Of a stretch of DNA of 64,000 nucleotides, positions 49,835 to 61,180 are shown piece after piece; position 1 is the first letter of the stretch, and each line of letters begins with the position of its first letter. The notes under the pieces are model-generated. The model had not been told where the DNA came from. It did no database searches and worked only from the letters and a program-made list of their open reading frames with translations. The translations under genes and the position numbers were made by a program. The stretch is taken from the NCBI RefSeq assembly GCF_004364155.1, contig NZ_SOAZ01000007.1, positions 65,167-129,166 of the forward strand, given 5' to 3'. This DNA comes from Fonticella tunisiensis. GTDB lineage: Bacteria; Bacillota; Clostridia; Clostridiales; Caloramatoraceae.

Positions 49835-50065
49835 AGATAAATTTACAGACCGACGCTGCGATAAAAAATATATGAAACGAACTATTTTAGCGAGCAACTA
49901 GAGGTTCTTAGCGAGAGGACATCTGAGAAGCCGAAGTAGAGTTCGTGGTGTTTGAGCTAAGCGAGTTTTAAAAGCTTACTTGGCTTGTCAGCTGTCCCGA
50001 GCTTTAGAACCTCTATGCGCAAGCGTAGTTGTGAGAGTAATATATTTTTTATCACAGCGTCGATC
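49835..50065. repeat. MITE-like element, full copy with ~35-40-bp terminal inverted repeats
   Basis: agataaatttacagaccgacgctgcgataaaaaatatat ... atatattttttatcacagcgtcgatctgca. Internal inverted repeats ctagaggttcttagcgag / cccgagctttagaacctctat. Confidence 0.7.
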
Positions 50066-50203
50066 TGCATATTCTTTCTGCTATTATTCCAATGGGCTTT
50101 TTAGAGTAGCATATTTTAATAATACGTTATAAAGGGATGATGTTCCCGTAGATTAAATCAGAACGTCATCCCTTTAGCTTATTATCCCCGTGATTATTTA
50201 AAA

Positions 50204-50449
50204 TTAAAATAATCCAATTATCTCATCTAAAGCCTGTTTCTCATCTTCTCCATCTATTATAAGTTCAATTGTTTCGCCACATTTTAAAGCAAGGCTTAAT
50301 AGGTTAAGTATACTTTTTGCGGATATCAATTTACCATCTTTTTTAATATATATAGTGCTTTTAAATTTGTTGGCAGCCTTTAATATTTCAGCTGCAGGCC
50401 TTGCATGAAAACCATCATCCCTTTTTATAGTTATCTGTCTTTCGATCAT
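50204..50449 (-). CDS. HPr-like phosphocarrier protein dedicated to the dha operon
   Basis: 81 aa. His15 in GFHARPA and a Ser46-region KSILNLLSL. Confidence 0.75.
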   Translation of the reverse strand: MIERQITIKRDDGFHARPAAEILKAANKFKSTIYIKKDGKLISAKSILNLLSLALKCGETIELIIDGEDEKQALDEIIGLF

Positions 50450-50471
50450 TTATAATACTTCCTCCTGATTT

Positions 50472-50864
50472 TTAAAGCTTGCACATATTTTTGCTCTCAA
50501 TAGCGGTGTTTATAACGCCCTCAATGTCCTGTTCAACTGATGCCTGTATAACTGCAGCAAGAACTCCTTCTACAAGCGGTGCATCAACTATTTTTACCTT
50601 TTCCCTTATACTCTTCTCAAGCATGTCAATTGCAGTTTCAGTTCCCATCACAGCGCTTCCAATATCAACAAAAACAAGTATATTATCTGCCACCTTTGCT
50701 TCCTCTATGGCTTCCTTTATTTTTACAGGGTTTGTTCCAATTCTTCCATCCTCAGCTCCACCTGCTGCTCTTATTAAAACCTGTCCACTATTCATCTGTT
50801 CAGCTATGTCCTTAACTCCTTCGGCAACCTTTTCGCTGTGCGAGACTACAATTATTCCCAACAT
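50472..50864 (-). CDS. dhaM: Dihydroxyacetone kinase phosphotransfer subunit DhaM (EIIA-Man-like only)
   Basis: 130 aa. N-terminal IIVVSHS with the His9 site. Confidence 0.75.
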   Translation of the reverse strand: MLGIIVVSHSEKVAEGVKDIAEQMNSGQVLIRAAGGAEDGRIGTNPVKIKEAIEEAKVADNILVFVDIGSAVMGTETAIDMLEKSIREKVKIVDAPLVEGVLAAVIQASVEQDIEGVINTAIESKNMCKL

Positions 50865-50952
50865 AATTATCCCCCCTTACGTTTTTCTAATAAGAGCCTA
50901 AAAATAATTTATTCTATATATTTCTTCACAAAGCAGCAAAGATGTTAATCTA

Positions 50953-51477
50953 TTATACCCCTTCAAGATAATCAATTATAGCCCTCATATATGCTGGCAA
51001 ATCCTTTGGAGTTCTTGAGGTAATAAGGTTCCTGTCAACAACTACCTCCTCATCAACATATTTTGCTCCTGCATTTTCTACATCGTCGATAATTGCATTG
51101 ACGCATGTCATCCTGTACCCCTTTAAAACCTTAGCTGATATGAACACCCATCCACCGTGGCATATAGTTGCAAGAAGCTTTCCCTCTTCAAAGAACTTCC
51201 TAACCAGACTGGTTACTTTTGGATACCGCCTTAACTTATCCGGTGCCCACCCTCCTGGTACAAGTATTCCATCGAATCCCTCTGAAGTTACTTCGTCTAT
51301 ATTTGCATCAACAGTTACACTTAAACCATATTTACCTCTATAGGTCTTCTGACTTCCACTTCCAACGATGACCACATCACATCCCTCCTCCCTGAGCCTA
51401 AGCACAGGATACCACAGCTCTAAATCCTCAAATCCTTCTTCAGCAAGCATAATAACTCTTTTACCAAAAAGCCTCAT
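50953..51477 (-). CDS. DJ-1/PfpI family protein (glyoxalase III / class-I glutamine amidotransferase-like)
   Basis: 175 aa from the MRLFGKRVIML start with a GGAGGG RBS. Nucleophile elbow CHGG. Confidence 0.7.
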   Translation of the reverse strand: MRLFGKRVIMLAEEGFEDLELWYPVLRLREEGCDVVIVGSGSQKTYRGKYGLSVTVDANIDEVTSEGFDGILVPGGWAPDKLRRYPKVTSLVRKFFEEGKLLATICHGGWVFISAKVLKGYRMTCVNAIIDDVENAGAKYVDEEVVVDRNLITSRTPKDLPAYMRAIIDYLEGV

Positions 51478-51563
51478 ATTTTCCCTCCTACATAGGTTTA
51501 TGTTATTCTTACTAAAAACTGTTTGATATCTCTTTATCACTGCCCTTTAAAAATTTGTTTCTC

Positions 51564-52208
51564 CTAACATTTAGTGTTGTCCTTAACAAATTCATAAATC
51601 GCATCTATCATCAAAAAGCTTGATGTAGCCCCTGCATCCTGATGTCCAATACTCCTTTCCCCAAGATAGCTTGCCCTTCCCTTTCGTGCCGCTATCTCCT
51701 TTGTATAGTTTACTCCGTTTAGAGCAGCCTCTCTGGCATTTTTAAGTATATCAACCGCAGGAAGCTCCTTTAAAACCCCTTCTTTCAGCGCATTAAAAGC
51801 CGGCTCTAGGGCATCTATCATTGTTTTGTCCCCTGCCTCAGCCTTTCCCCTCATCTTAATACCCTTTATTGCTTCATCCATAATCTTTATAAAATCATTC
51901 ATGTCTACCTCAGTCTTTCCTGCCACAGCCATACCGCCCTTCATAAAGGCTGTACCATAAAGAGGTCCAGATGCTCCGCCAACGGTTGCTATAAGGGTTA
52001 ATCCCACAAGCTTAAAAAGCTCGCCTATATCCTTTATATTTGTTGAATTCATTTTATCCTTTACAACTTTAAATCCCTTGTTCATATTCAGCCCATGGTC
52101 TCCGTCTCCAATGGCTGCATCCAGTTCAGTTAAAAACTCTTTATTTTCCTCTATAACGTCCCCTATTTTTTCAATTAAGGCAGCGACATCCCTAACTTTT
52201 AATGACAT
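51564..52208 (-). CDS. dhaL: Dihydroxyacetone kinase ADP-binding subunit DhaL
   Basis: 214 aa. DAAIGDGDHG motif. Confidence 0.85.
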   Translation of the reverse strand: MSLKVRDVAALIEKIGDVIEENKEFLTELDAAIGDGDHGLNMNKGFKVVKDKMNSTNIKDIGELFKLVGLTLIATVGGASGPLYGTAFMKGGMAVAGKTEVDMNDFIKIMDEAIKGIKMRGKAEAGDKTMIDALEPAFNALKEGVLKELPAVDILKNAREAALNGVNYTKEIAARKGRASYLGERSIGHQDAGATSSFLMIDAIYEFVKDNTKC

Positions 52209-52342
52209 TTTTATAACCTCCCTTAAGTACTTCCATAAAAAAGAAATAAAGACTTTACATTAGAATTTAATCCAATGACAATGGAGAAAAATATAATTGA
52301 GCATAAAGGCAGCAATATATATTCTGCTGCCTTTTATCTGTA

Positions 52343-53341
52343 TTATAATACCTTAAATCCAGGAGTATCTGATGGCGCATCAAGGAGGGCCTTTAATTCA
52401 TCGTCAAGCTTTAGAAGTGACACAGAGCATCCGGCCATTTCCATCGATGTCATAAACTCTCCAACGAATGTCTTATAAACTTTAACTCCACTCTCATTTA
52501 ATAATTCATGCACTTTCCTGTTAACAATGAAAAGTTCCATGAGTGGTGTGGCCCCAAGGCCGTTTACCATAACTGCAACTTCATCACCATGTGAAAGATT
52601 CATATCCTCAAGTATCTTTGACATGAGATGTGTAGTTATATCGTCGGCTGGTTTTAGCTCTTCTCTGTGGGTTCCTGGCTCACCATGAATTCCCATTCCT
52701 ATTTCCATTTCATTTTCCCCGAGGGTGAAATTAGGTTTTCCCGCTGCTGGAACTATGCATGGTGTTAATGCCATACCCATACTTCTAACATTTGCTATAA
52801 CCTTTTCAGCAACCTCCTTAACCTTATCAAGGTCTTCCCCCGCCTCGGCAGCGGCCCCGGCTATCTTATGTACAAAAACAGTTCCTGCAATTCCTCTTCT
52901 TCCTGTCGTCCATGTGCTATTTTCTACTGCTACATCATCATTAACTACAACGCTTTCTACCCTTATTCCTTCCATCTCAGCCATTTCCTTAGCCATTTCA
53001 AAGTTCATAACATCTCCAGTATAGTTCTTAATTATAAGGAGAACACCTTTATCTCCTGCAACCGCTTTGATAGCCTCATATACCTGATCCGGCGTTGGTG
53101 ATGTAAACACTGCGCCTGCAACTGCTGCATCAAGCATTCCCTTTCCAACATATCCTCCATGGGCAGGCTCATGGCCGCTTCCACCGCCGCTAACCAGAGC
53201 AACCTTGTCCACACATGGTGCATCCTTACGAACGAGAACATTTCCACAGTCGAGTTTTCTTACATACTGTGGATATGCAAGAACTATGCCCTGCATCATT
53301 TCCTCAACAACTACCTCAGGATTGTTAATTAATTTTTTCAT
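52343..53341 (-). CDS. dhaK: Dihydroxyacetone kinase substrate-binding subunit DhaK
   Basis: 332 aa. Dak1 domain with GGGSGHEPAH. Confidence 0.85.
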   Translation of the reverse strand: MKKLINNPEVVVEEMMQGIVLAYPQYVRKLDCGNVLVRKDAPCVDKVALVSGGGSGHEPAHGGYVGKGMLDAAVAGAVFTSPTPDQVYEAIKAVAGDKGVLLIIKNYTGDVMNFEMAKEMAEMEGIRVESVVVNDDVAVENSTWTTGRRGIAGTVFVHKIAGAAAEAGEDLDKVKEVAEKVIANVRSMGMALTPCIVPAAGKPNFTLGENEMEIGMGIHGEPGTHREELKPADDITTHLMSKILEDMNLSHGDEVAVMVNGLGATPLMELFIVNRKVHELLNESGVKVYKTFVGEFMTSMEMAGCSVSLLKLDDELKALLDAPSDTPGFKVL

Positions 53342-53541
53342 TTTTTCCCCTCCTGGTATATTATAAATTTATTCCCTTACGGGAATAGCTCATGGACATG
53401 AAAATAAATGGATATTCATAAAGTATTCATTTGTTTTTCTCCTACATTTTTATGCTGATAACGTTCTAAAAAATTACATAAATTAGGTAATTAGTTAGTT
53501 ATTTTTAAAATAACATGCATGTAATAAAGTTAATAATGCTT

Positions 53542-54828
53542 TTAATATCCTACAATTTGATATTTTTTTGCTTTGCTTGCTACTGTAGCATGGGTAACTC
53601 CCAGAGCCTTTGCTGCCGCGTTAAAGCTTCCATATTTTTCTAAAGCTGCTCTAATAATTTCCTTTTCATAATCCTCTATTTTGGAGATCTTTCCATCCTT
53701 TAAAAAGGATTCTATTGCACATTCTTTTACACAATCGCCCTGACAGTTTCTTATATTCTTGGGCAAATCATTAACATAAAGATATTCTCCCTCCGCAAGA
53801 ACTATCATTCTCTCTACCACGTTCATCAATTCCCTTATATTTCCTGGCCAATTATAGTTCATCATGACATCAAGGGCTTCCTTACTAATACCTTTGATTT
53901 TAGTTCTGTTTTTTATGTTAATCTTCTCTATAAAGTACTCCACCATCATCTCAATATCATCTCTACGTTCCCTCAGAGGTGGAATAAGAAGGTTCACTAC
54001 GTTTAATCTATAAAACAGGTCAAGCCTGAATTTCCCTTTCATAACCATTTCCTCAAGGTTCCTGTTGGTGGCAGCTATAACTCTGACATCGATTATGATT
54101 TTGCGTTCTGACCCTAAACGCTGTATTTCACCGTTTTGAAGTGCTCTGAGAAGCTTTGCCTGCATTTCAAGCGGAAGCTCCCCTATTTCATCCAAAAATA
54201 GGGTACCTCCGTCAGCAATTTCGAATATTCCTCTTTTATCCTTCAATGCCCCTGTGAATGCTCCCTTTTCGTATCCAAATAGCTCACTCTCCAAAAGCCC
54301 CTGAGGGAAGGCAGCACAATTAACTTTTACAAAGGGCCCATCTTTTCTCCAGCTTCCGCTATGAATTAAATCAGCCAGCAGTTCCTTCCCTGTTCCACTC
54401 TCTCCACAAATAACAACCGGCACTTCGGTAGATGCTATCTTTTTAGCCATATTCAGAACTTCCATAAATTTTTTATTCTTACCTATTATTACCGGTTCAT
54501 TCATACTTTTAACTTTGTTATCGCTATTGTATGCAGATATATCCCATACCACATAAACATCACCATTTTCTTCATAAAAAAGATGCACTCTATTTCCATC
54601 TATGCAGATACTTTCAATACTTTTGTCCTCTATTTCTTTTTTTCTTTTATGAATCCACCCTAAACAATCATATTCCCTGTAATAGTCGACATTTTTTCCT
54701 TCTTCAATCCTGCTGCTGACTTTAAAGGCTGCTGAAAATGCTCTATTGAAATACTTTATGTTCAATTTTTTATCAAGAACCATAATAGGGCGAGATATAT
54801 ACTCATAAGCACGAGCCGATACACTCAC
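53542..54828 (-). CDS. Sigma-54-dependent transcriptional activator (PAS-like sensor, AAA+ and C-terminal HTH; no receiver domain)
   Basis: Walker [15 protein letters not shown] sigma-54 contact motif and a C-terminal HTH. Confidence 0.8.
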   Translation of the reverse strand: MSVSARAYEYISRPIMVLDKKLNIKYFNRAFSAAFKVSSRIEEGKNVDYYREYDCLGWIHKRKKEIEDKSIESICIDGNRVHLFYEENGDVYVVWDISAYNSDNKVKSMNEPVIIGKNKKFMEVLNMAKKIASTEVPVVICGESGTGKELLADLIHSGSWRKDGPFVKVNCAAFPQGLLESELFGYEKGAFTGALKDKRGIFEIADGGTLFLDEIGELPLEMQAKLLRALQNGEIQRLGSERKIIIDVRVIAATNRNLEEMVMKGKFRLDLFYRLNVVNLLIPPLRERRDDIEMMVEYFIEKINIKNRTKIKGISKEALDVMMNYNWPGNIRELMNVVERMIVLAEGEYLYVNDLPKNIRNCQGDCVKECAIESFLKDGKISKIEDYEKEIIRAALEKYGSFNAAAKALGVTHATVASKAKKYQIVGY

Positions 54829-54854
54829 GCTGCTTCACTCCTTAAGTAATGAAA

Positions 54855-55217
54855 TCATATTTTTTTTGCATTAGAAGTGGCAACAACATCAACACCTGTA
54901 CCAAGTATGTCTTTAATTACAATATCACCAATTGATACAGGGGCTTTCAATTTTACACCGTTTATTTCCTTCATAACGTCGAATATCAGTTTCTTTGGTA
55001 TTTCTCTGCTGGTTTTTACAGATACAAGCATTTTATCTCCATTAAGAACCCTAACAGTTGAAGTTACAATCCTTCTTGGGTCCTTAATCTCTGATATTCC
55101 ATATTCCCTTCCTCTTTTACACTTGTTGCCAGAGACATTAATTTCCTCGCCATCTATTGTTATCTCCAGACTGCATCCAAGAGGGCAATTAATGCATATC
55201 ATTTTCTTTACTTCCAT
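54855..55217 (-). CDS. DUF1667 protein (paralog of 25069-25437)
   Basis: 120 aa. CINCPLGC motif. Confidence 0.65.
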   Translation of the reverse strand: MEVKKMICINCPLGCSLEITIDGEEINVSGNKCKRGREYGISEIKDPRRIVTSTVRVLNGDKMLVSVKTSREIPKKLIFDVMKEINGVKLKAPVSIGDIVIKDILGTGVDVVATSNAKKI

Positions 55218-55219
55218 AT

Positions 55220-56476
55220 TTACACCTCCTCCAGATGGAATGTTATTTCTCCCTTTTTGATTTGTTTTAGTACTTCTCTTTTAATTTTAAGATGCTCCAT
55301 CTCTCCTGGAGAAACCATCTGCTTCTTTACTTTTGTTATTACTGTGTCGCCCTGCTTTGCACATAGATATACGTTTCTGTATACATTGTCGACACGCATA
55401 AAGAAGTTCACTTCATTATCAACATTTTCAGAATTTATAATGCATGGAACTACATAGCGTACGCCGCCGTTGCCTTTTGCGTATATTCTTTCATCAGACT
55501 TTTTGAGCTCTTTTTTAATATATTTTGCCGCTCCACGCCCTGCAAGCCTGCTTTCCTCTGTAACAAAGTCCACAAGGTCATGTACATGTACAACATTTCC
55601 ACATGCGAATATTCCATCTATGGATGTCTGCATAGATTCATCCACCACAGGACCAGATGTTATATCGTTTATCTTAACTCCTGCTTCCCTTGAAAGCTCG
55701 TTTTCAGGTATAAGCCCTACCGAAAGTAGAAGTGTATCACATTCAACAAACCTTTCGGTTCCGGGTATTGGTTTTCTATCATCTCCAACCTTAGCTATAG
55801 TTACTCCCTCAAGCCTTTCCTTTCCATGTATCCGCACAACCGTATGGCTAAAAAGCAGAGGTATGTTAAAGTCATCAAGGCACTGCACAATGTTTCTCTT
55901 AAGCCCCGTTGAGTATGGCATAAGCTCTACAACCATTTCAACCTTTGCTCCTTCAAGCGTCATACGTCTTGCCATAATTAGTCCGATATCTCCCGAACCC
56001 AATATTACAACCTTTTTCCCAACCATATGTCCTTCTATATTAACAAATCTTTGAGCTGCTCCTGCTGTAAGCACACCTGCCGGCCTTGTACCGGGTATGT
56101 TTAGCGCCCCTCTGGTCCTTTCCCTGCAGCCCATTGCAAGTATAATTGCCTTAGCTTTTATATTTATAATTCCATCTTCAGGGTTTATAGCCTGAATAGT
56201 TTTATCACTGGATATATGAAGTACCATTGTATCAAGCTTGTATTCAATATTTAACTTCTCTACTTCCTTTATAAACCTGTCAGCATATTCTGGACCTGTT
56301 AACTGTTCTCCAAATATGTGAAGTCCGAATCCGTTATGAATGCACTGCTGAAGTATTCCACCAAGGCTCTTATCCCTTTCAAGAATGAGTATATCTTCTA
56401 TTCCGTTTTTTCTTGCCTCAACTGCTGCCGCAAGCCCCGCAGGTCCTCCGCCGATTATAACAATCTCTCTTTCCAT
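55220..56476 (-). CDS. FAD/NAD(P)-binding pyridine nucleotide-disulfide oxidoreductase family protein (paralog of 25441-26703)
   Basis: 418 aa. About 75% identical to the paralog by eye. Confidence 0.7.
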   Translation of the reverse strand: MEREIVIIGGGPAGLAAAVEARKNGIEDILILERDKSLGGILQQCIHNGFGLHIFGEQLTGPEYADRFIKEVEKLNIEYKLDTMVLHISSDKTIQAINPEDGIINIKAKAIILAMGCRERTRGALNIPGTRPAGVLTAGAAQRFVNIEGHMVGKKVVILGSGDIGLIMARRMTLEGAKVEMVVELMPYSTGLKRNIVQCLDDFNIPLLFSHTVVRIHGKERLEGVTIAKVGDDRKPIPGTERFVECDTLLLSVGLIPENELSREAGVKINDITSGPVVDESMQTSIDGIFACGNVVHVHDLVDFVTEESRLAGRGAAKYIKKELKKSDERIYAKGNGGVRYVVPCIINSENVDNEVNFFMRVDNVYRNVYLCAKQGDTVITKVKKQMVSPGEMEHLKIKREVLKQIKKGEITFHLEEV

Positions 56477-56487
56477 GTTATCCCTCC

Positions 56488-57912
56488 TTATTTAGTCCTG
56501 CCTGTAAGTATTTTGCTGCCTTCTCCAGCCTTTAGGATTTCTTCAGGTTCTACCTTAAGCTCTCTGGCCAGGATTTCAACAACCCTTGGCATACAAAATC
56601 CACCCTGACATCTTCCCATTCCAGCCCTGAGCCTTTTTTTAACCCCATCAACTGTTCTTGCCCCAAGGGGCCTGTATATTGCATTAATTATGTCTCCCTC
56701 TGTTATATGTTCGCACCTGCAGATCACTCTTCCATAAAGCTTGTTCTCCTTAAGGGCCTGTTCCTTTTCTTCCTGGTTCATATCTATAAATCTTCTTGGT
56801 TTAACCCTCTTTGGATTAAAGTTCTCTTTTTTATTGAGAATAAGTCCCTGTTCCCTTAGAAGATCTAAAACCATAAGTGCTACTGCAGGTGCAGATGTAA
56901 GTCCCGGTGATTCAATCCCTGCTGCATTTACAGCACCCTTTGAAGGAGAGTTTATTATAAAATCTCCCGTATCAGGCGTAGCTCTAACCCCTGTAAATGA
57001 AGTTATTACGTCCCTTAAATTTATGTTTCTTACACTCCGTTGAGCTCCTTTTATTACTTCATCAAGGCCCTCAAAGGTGGTTGACGTATCATCCTTTTCA
57101 TAAATTTCAACAGCATTAGGTCCTAAAAGCAGGTTCCCATGAACTGTTGGAGAAACAAGTATTCCCTTTCCCTTTGATGTTGGAACCTGAAAGATAGTGT
57201 TTTTAACATGTTTTCCCTGAGTCTTATCTAACAGGCAGTACTCTCCTTTTCTTGGGATTATCCTGAATTCTTTACCACCAAGCATTCTGTTTATTTCGTC
57301 CGCAAACAAACCTGCTGCATTTACAACATATTTAGCCTCTATATTCCCTCTGCTAGTCTCTACTATAAAGTAATCCTCTCTCCTTTTTATATTTCTAACT
57401 TCAGTTTGGAACTGAAATTTTACACCATTTTGAAAAGCAATCTCTGCAAGGGCAATTGCCAATTCATAAGGTGACACAATTCCTCCCGTTTTTGCATGAA
57501 GCGCTCCAACAGCATTTTCGCTTATGTTAGGTTCAATTTTTCTAAGCTGTTCCCCATCTATGATTTCAAGCTCCTTAACTCCATTTCTTATTCCCCTTTC
57601 ATAAAGCTTTTCAACATGCTTCATTTCTTCATCACTAAAGGCTATTACCAAGGAACCATTTCTTATAAAATCAACATCAAGTTCTTTACATAAATCCTCA
57701 TACATTTCATTTCCCATCACATTCAGCTTAGCTTTTAATGTTCCTTCCTTTGCATCATAACCTGCATGTACAATTCCACTGTTTGCTTTTGTCGCACCAT
57801 TAGCTATATCATAGCTCTTTTCAACAACCATTACATCAATCTGATATTTTGATAGTTCCCTTGCGATTGCAGTACCTGTAATTCCTGCTCCTATAACGAT
57901 TACATCAATCAT
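56488..57912 (-). CDS. FAD-dependent G3P dehydrogenase/oxidase, GlpA-like with BFD-like domain (paralog of 26721-28160)
   Basis: 474 aa. VIVIGAGITGTAIAREL N-terminus and CRCEHITEGD...CGMGRCQ C-terminus. Confidence 0.7.
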   Translation of the reverse strand: MIDVIVIGAGITGTAIARELSKYQIDVMVVEKSYDIANGATKANSGIVHAGYDAKEGTLKAKLNVMGNEMYEDLCKELDVDFIRNGSLVIAFSDEEMKHVEKLYERGIRNGVKELEIIDGEQLRKIEPNISENAVGALHAKTGGIVSPYELAIALAEIAFQNGVKFQFQTEVRNIKRREDYFIVETSRGNIEAKYVVNAAGLFADEINRMLGGKEFRIIPRKGEYCLLDKTQGKHVKNTIFQVPTSKGKGILVSPTVHGNLLLGPNAVEIYEKDDTSTTFEGLDEVIKGAQRSVRNINLRDVITSFTGVRATPDTGDFIINSPSKGAVNAAGIESPGLTSAPAVALMVLDLLREQGLILNKKENFNPKRVKPRRFIDMNQEEKEQALKENKLYGRVICRCEHITEGDIINAIYRPLGARTVDGVKKRLRAGMGRCQGGFCMPRVVEILARELKVEPEEILKAGEGSKILTGRTK

Positions 57913-57938
57913 AATTACACCCCCTAATCAATAATTAA

Positions 57939-57985
57939 AGCCGTGCCAAAAAGACCATATTTATGGTCCAATCAGCACGGCTCTC
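57939..57985 (-). promoter_or_regulatory. Nested hairpin in the glpK2-glpA2 spacer (attenuator or antitermination target candidate)
   Basis: agccgtgc...gaccatatttatggtc...gcacggct. The inner stem is followed by TTTTT on the minus strand. Confidence 0.4.
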
Positions 57986-58047
57986 ACATCTCGCCATTAA
58001 ATATTTACTTTACTCAAATTATATCATAATATTTTAAAATTTCAAAC

Positions 58048-59553
<1,506 letters not shown>

Positions 59554-59619
59554 CTAGGTTTTCTTTTTTAGAACATCTCTTATATAGATGTTTATTTGGT
59601 TAGCTTCAATGCTTATCAG

Positions 59620-59690
59620 CCAATCCGATCTCTTAAACTTCCTTGCACAAGCGTATTAGTAAATGGAATATATTTTTTATCACAGCGTTT
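59620..59690. repeat. MITE-like element, partial copy inside the glpF2-glpK2 operon spacer
   Basis: cacaagcgtattagtaaatggaatatattttttatcacagcg. Confidence 0.6.
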
Positions 59691-59734
59691 TTTAAGCCAA
59701 AAATGGCACAACGAGTTATATTAATAGTCCAATA

Positions 59735-60547
59735 TTACCTATTAACGTTTTTACTCTTTGACTCAATTTTGATTCCCGGAAAATATGGCACAATTAGCTT
59801 TTCATAAACAAATCCACCTGCTAATGCACCAGCTATTGGTCCAAATATAGGAACTATAAATCCATATTCATTCGCTCCCACTGCTGCCCTTCCCCAGCCC
59901 GCAATCATGGCAAAAAGCCTTGGCCCAAGGTCACGTGCAGGGTTCATTGAAAATCCTGTTAATGGTCCAAAGGATGTTCCTATGATTGCTATTGTAAGGC
60001 CTATCATAACAGCAGCCATTCCTGCTGTTGGTGTATTGGTGTTTCTTGAGTCGCCTACTGCAAAAATAACTAATACGAGAAATGCAGTAATTGCAAACTC
60101 CACCATGAAAGCTTCAAAATTATTTAAATATGGCTGCGGGAAGGTTGTAAATATTCCAACAAGCTTTACACTTTCCGCAGTTCCTCTTACAAGACCTGCG
60201 TTCTTTTCAAATAAAAGGAATGCTGGTCTAAACAGCCCATAAACCGCTGCAGCAGCGGTAAACGTTCCTGCAATTTGAGCAATAATATAAGGAACAATCT
60301 TCTTCCTGTCAAACCCCTTCCATACTGCAAGAGTTATTGTTACTGCAGGGTTTATATGTGTTCCTGAAACTGCTCCTGTTACATAGATAGCCATTGTAAC
60401 TGCAAGTCCCCATACCAATGATAATTCCCATTGACTTATGTTGGTTTTGTTTAGAACAAGAGTTGCAACAACTCCAGCACCAATGAATATAAGAATAAAT
60501 GATCCGATAAATTCTGCCACCAGTTCCCCAAATATGCTTTTTTTCAT
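59735..60547 (-). CDS. MIP-family glycerol/diol facilitator (second paralog)
   Basis: 270 aa. NPA motifs (HINPAVT and MNPARD). Confidence 0.8.
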   Translation of the reverse strand: MKKSIFGELVAEFIGSFILIFIGAGVVATLVLNKTNISQWELSLVWGLAVTMAIYVTGAVSGTHINPAVTITLAVWKGFDRKKIVPYIIAQIAGTFTAAAAVYGLFRPAFLLFEKNAGLVRGTAESVKLVGIFTTFPQPYLNNFEAFMVEFAITAFLVLVIFAVGDSRNTNTPTAGMAAVMIGLTIAIIGTSFGPLTGFSMNPARDLGPRLFAMIAGWGRAAVGANEYGFIVPIFGPIAGALAGGFVYEKLIVPYFPGIKIESKSKNVNR

Positions 60548-60579
60548 GTTATTACCCCCTTATGTTTTTTTATATATAG

Positions 60580-60597
60580 TGCAATAATCGTGCCAAA
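60580..60597 (-). promoter_or_regulatory. Sigma-54 (-24/-12) promoter driving the second glycerol operon
   Basis: Minus strand reads TTGGCACGATTATTGCA, a perfect TGGCACG-N4-TTGCA. Placed 33 bp upstream of the glpF2 ATG, with an AAGGGGG RBS between. Confidence 0.7.
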
Positions 60598-61180
60598 ACA
60601 CTAAATAATTGCACTATAGGCCAAAGATGCTTAAAATACAGAATTGTTTGACAATTAACAATAATGTTATTTTATTAACAGATAGTTAATTGATAGAATT
60701 TAACATATCGCTAATTCTTTTTGATAAAAATCAGCATAACAAAGGCAAATAGGACTTCACGCCATTTTTTTCATAAAATATTATAATCTTTCAACTATAG
60801 ATCCCACATTTAATTATGTTTAGCTTTATAGGAACTGAAAATATTCCTTAAAAAACATATAATCCATTCATTATTAAAACATGATTTCGAAATGTTTTTC
60901 ATTTCATTTTCTTTTAACAAAATATGTCTTAATATTATAATAATATCAAATTTTTGAACAAATTTGTATAATACAAGCAATCTATCTTTTATCAATCTTT
61001 TTTACAGCATTTTTATATCGTCTTTCAATATTCTTTCTATCTCCACTGGTTTAGTAATTTAATCTCAATGTAAAGCCATTTTAGATTTTAACATATATTG
61101 TCACATATTAATATTAATAATTTAGATATTCAACATATACATTTATAATGTATATGAATTTTAATAAGGGGGATCTACAT

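Noticed and set aside
53342-53541. Sigma-54 promoter upstream of dhaK
   Set aside because: No TGGCAC-N5-TTGC match on the minus strand. Only a short TTCCC..GGGAA inverted repeat is present, so dhaKLM is probably read through from the upstream sigma-54 operon or a sigma-A promoter.
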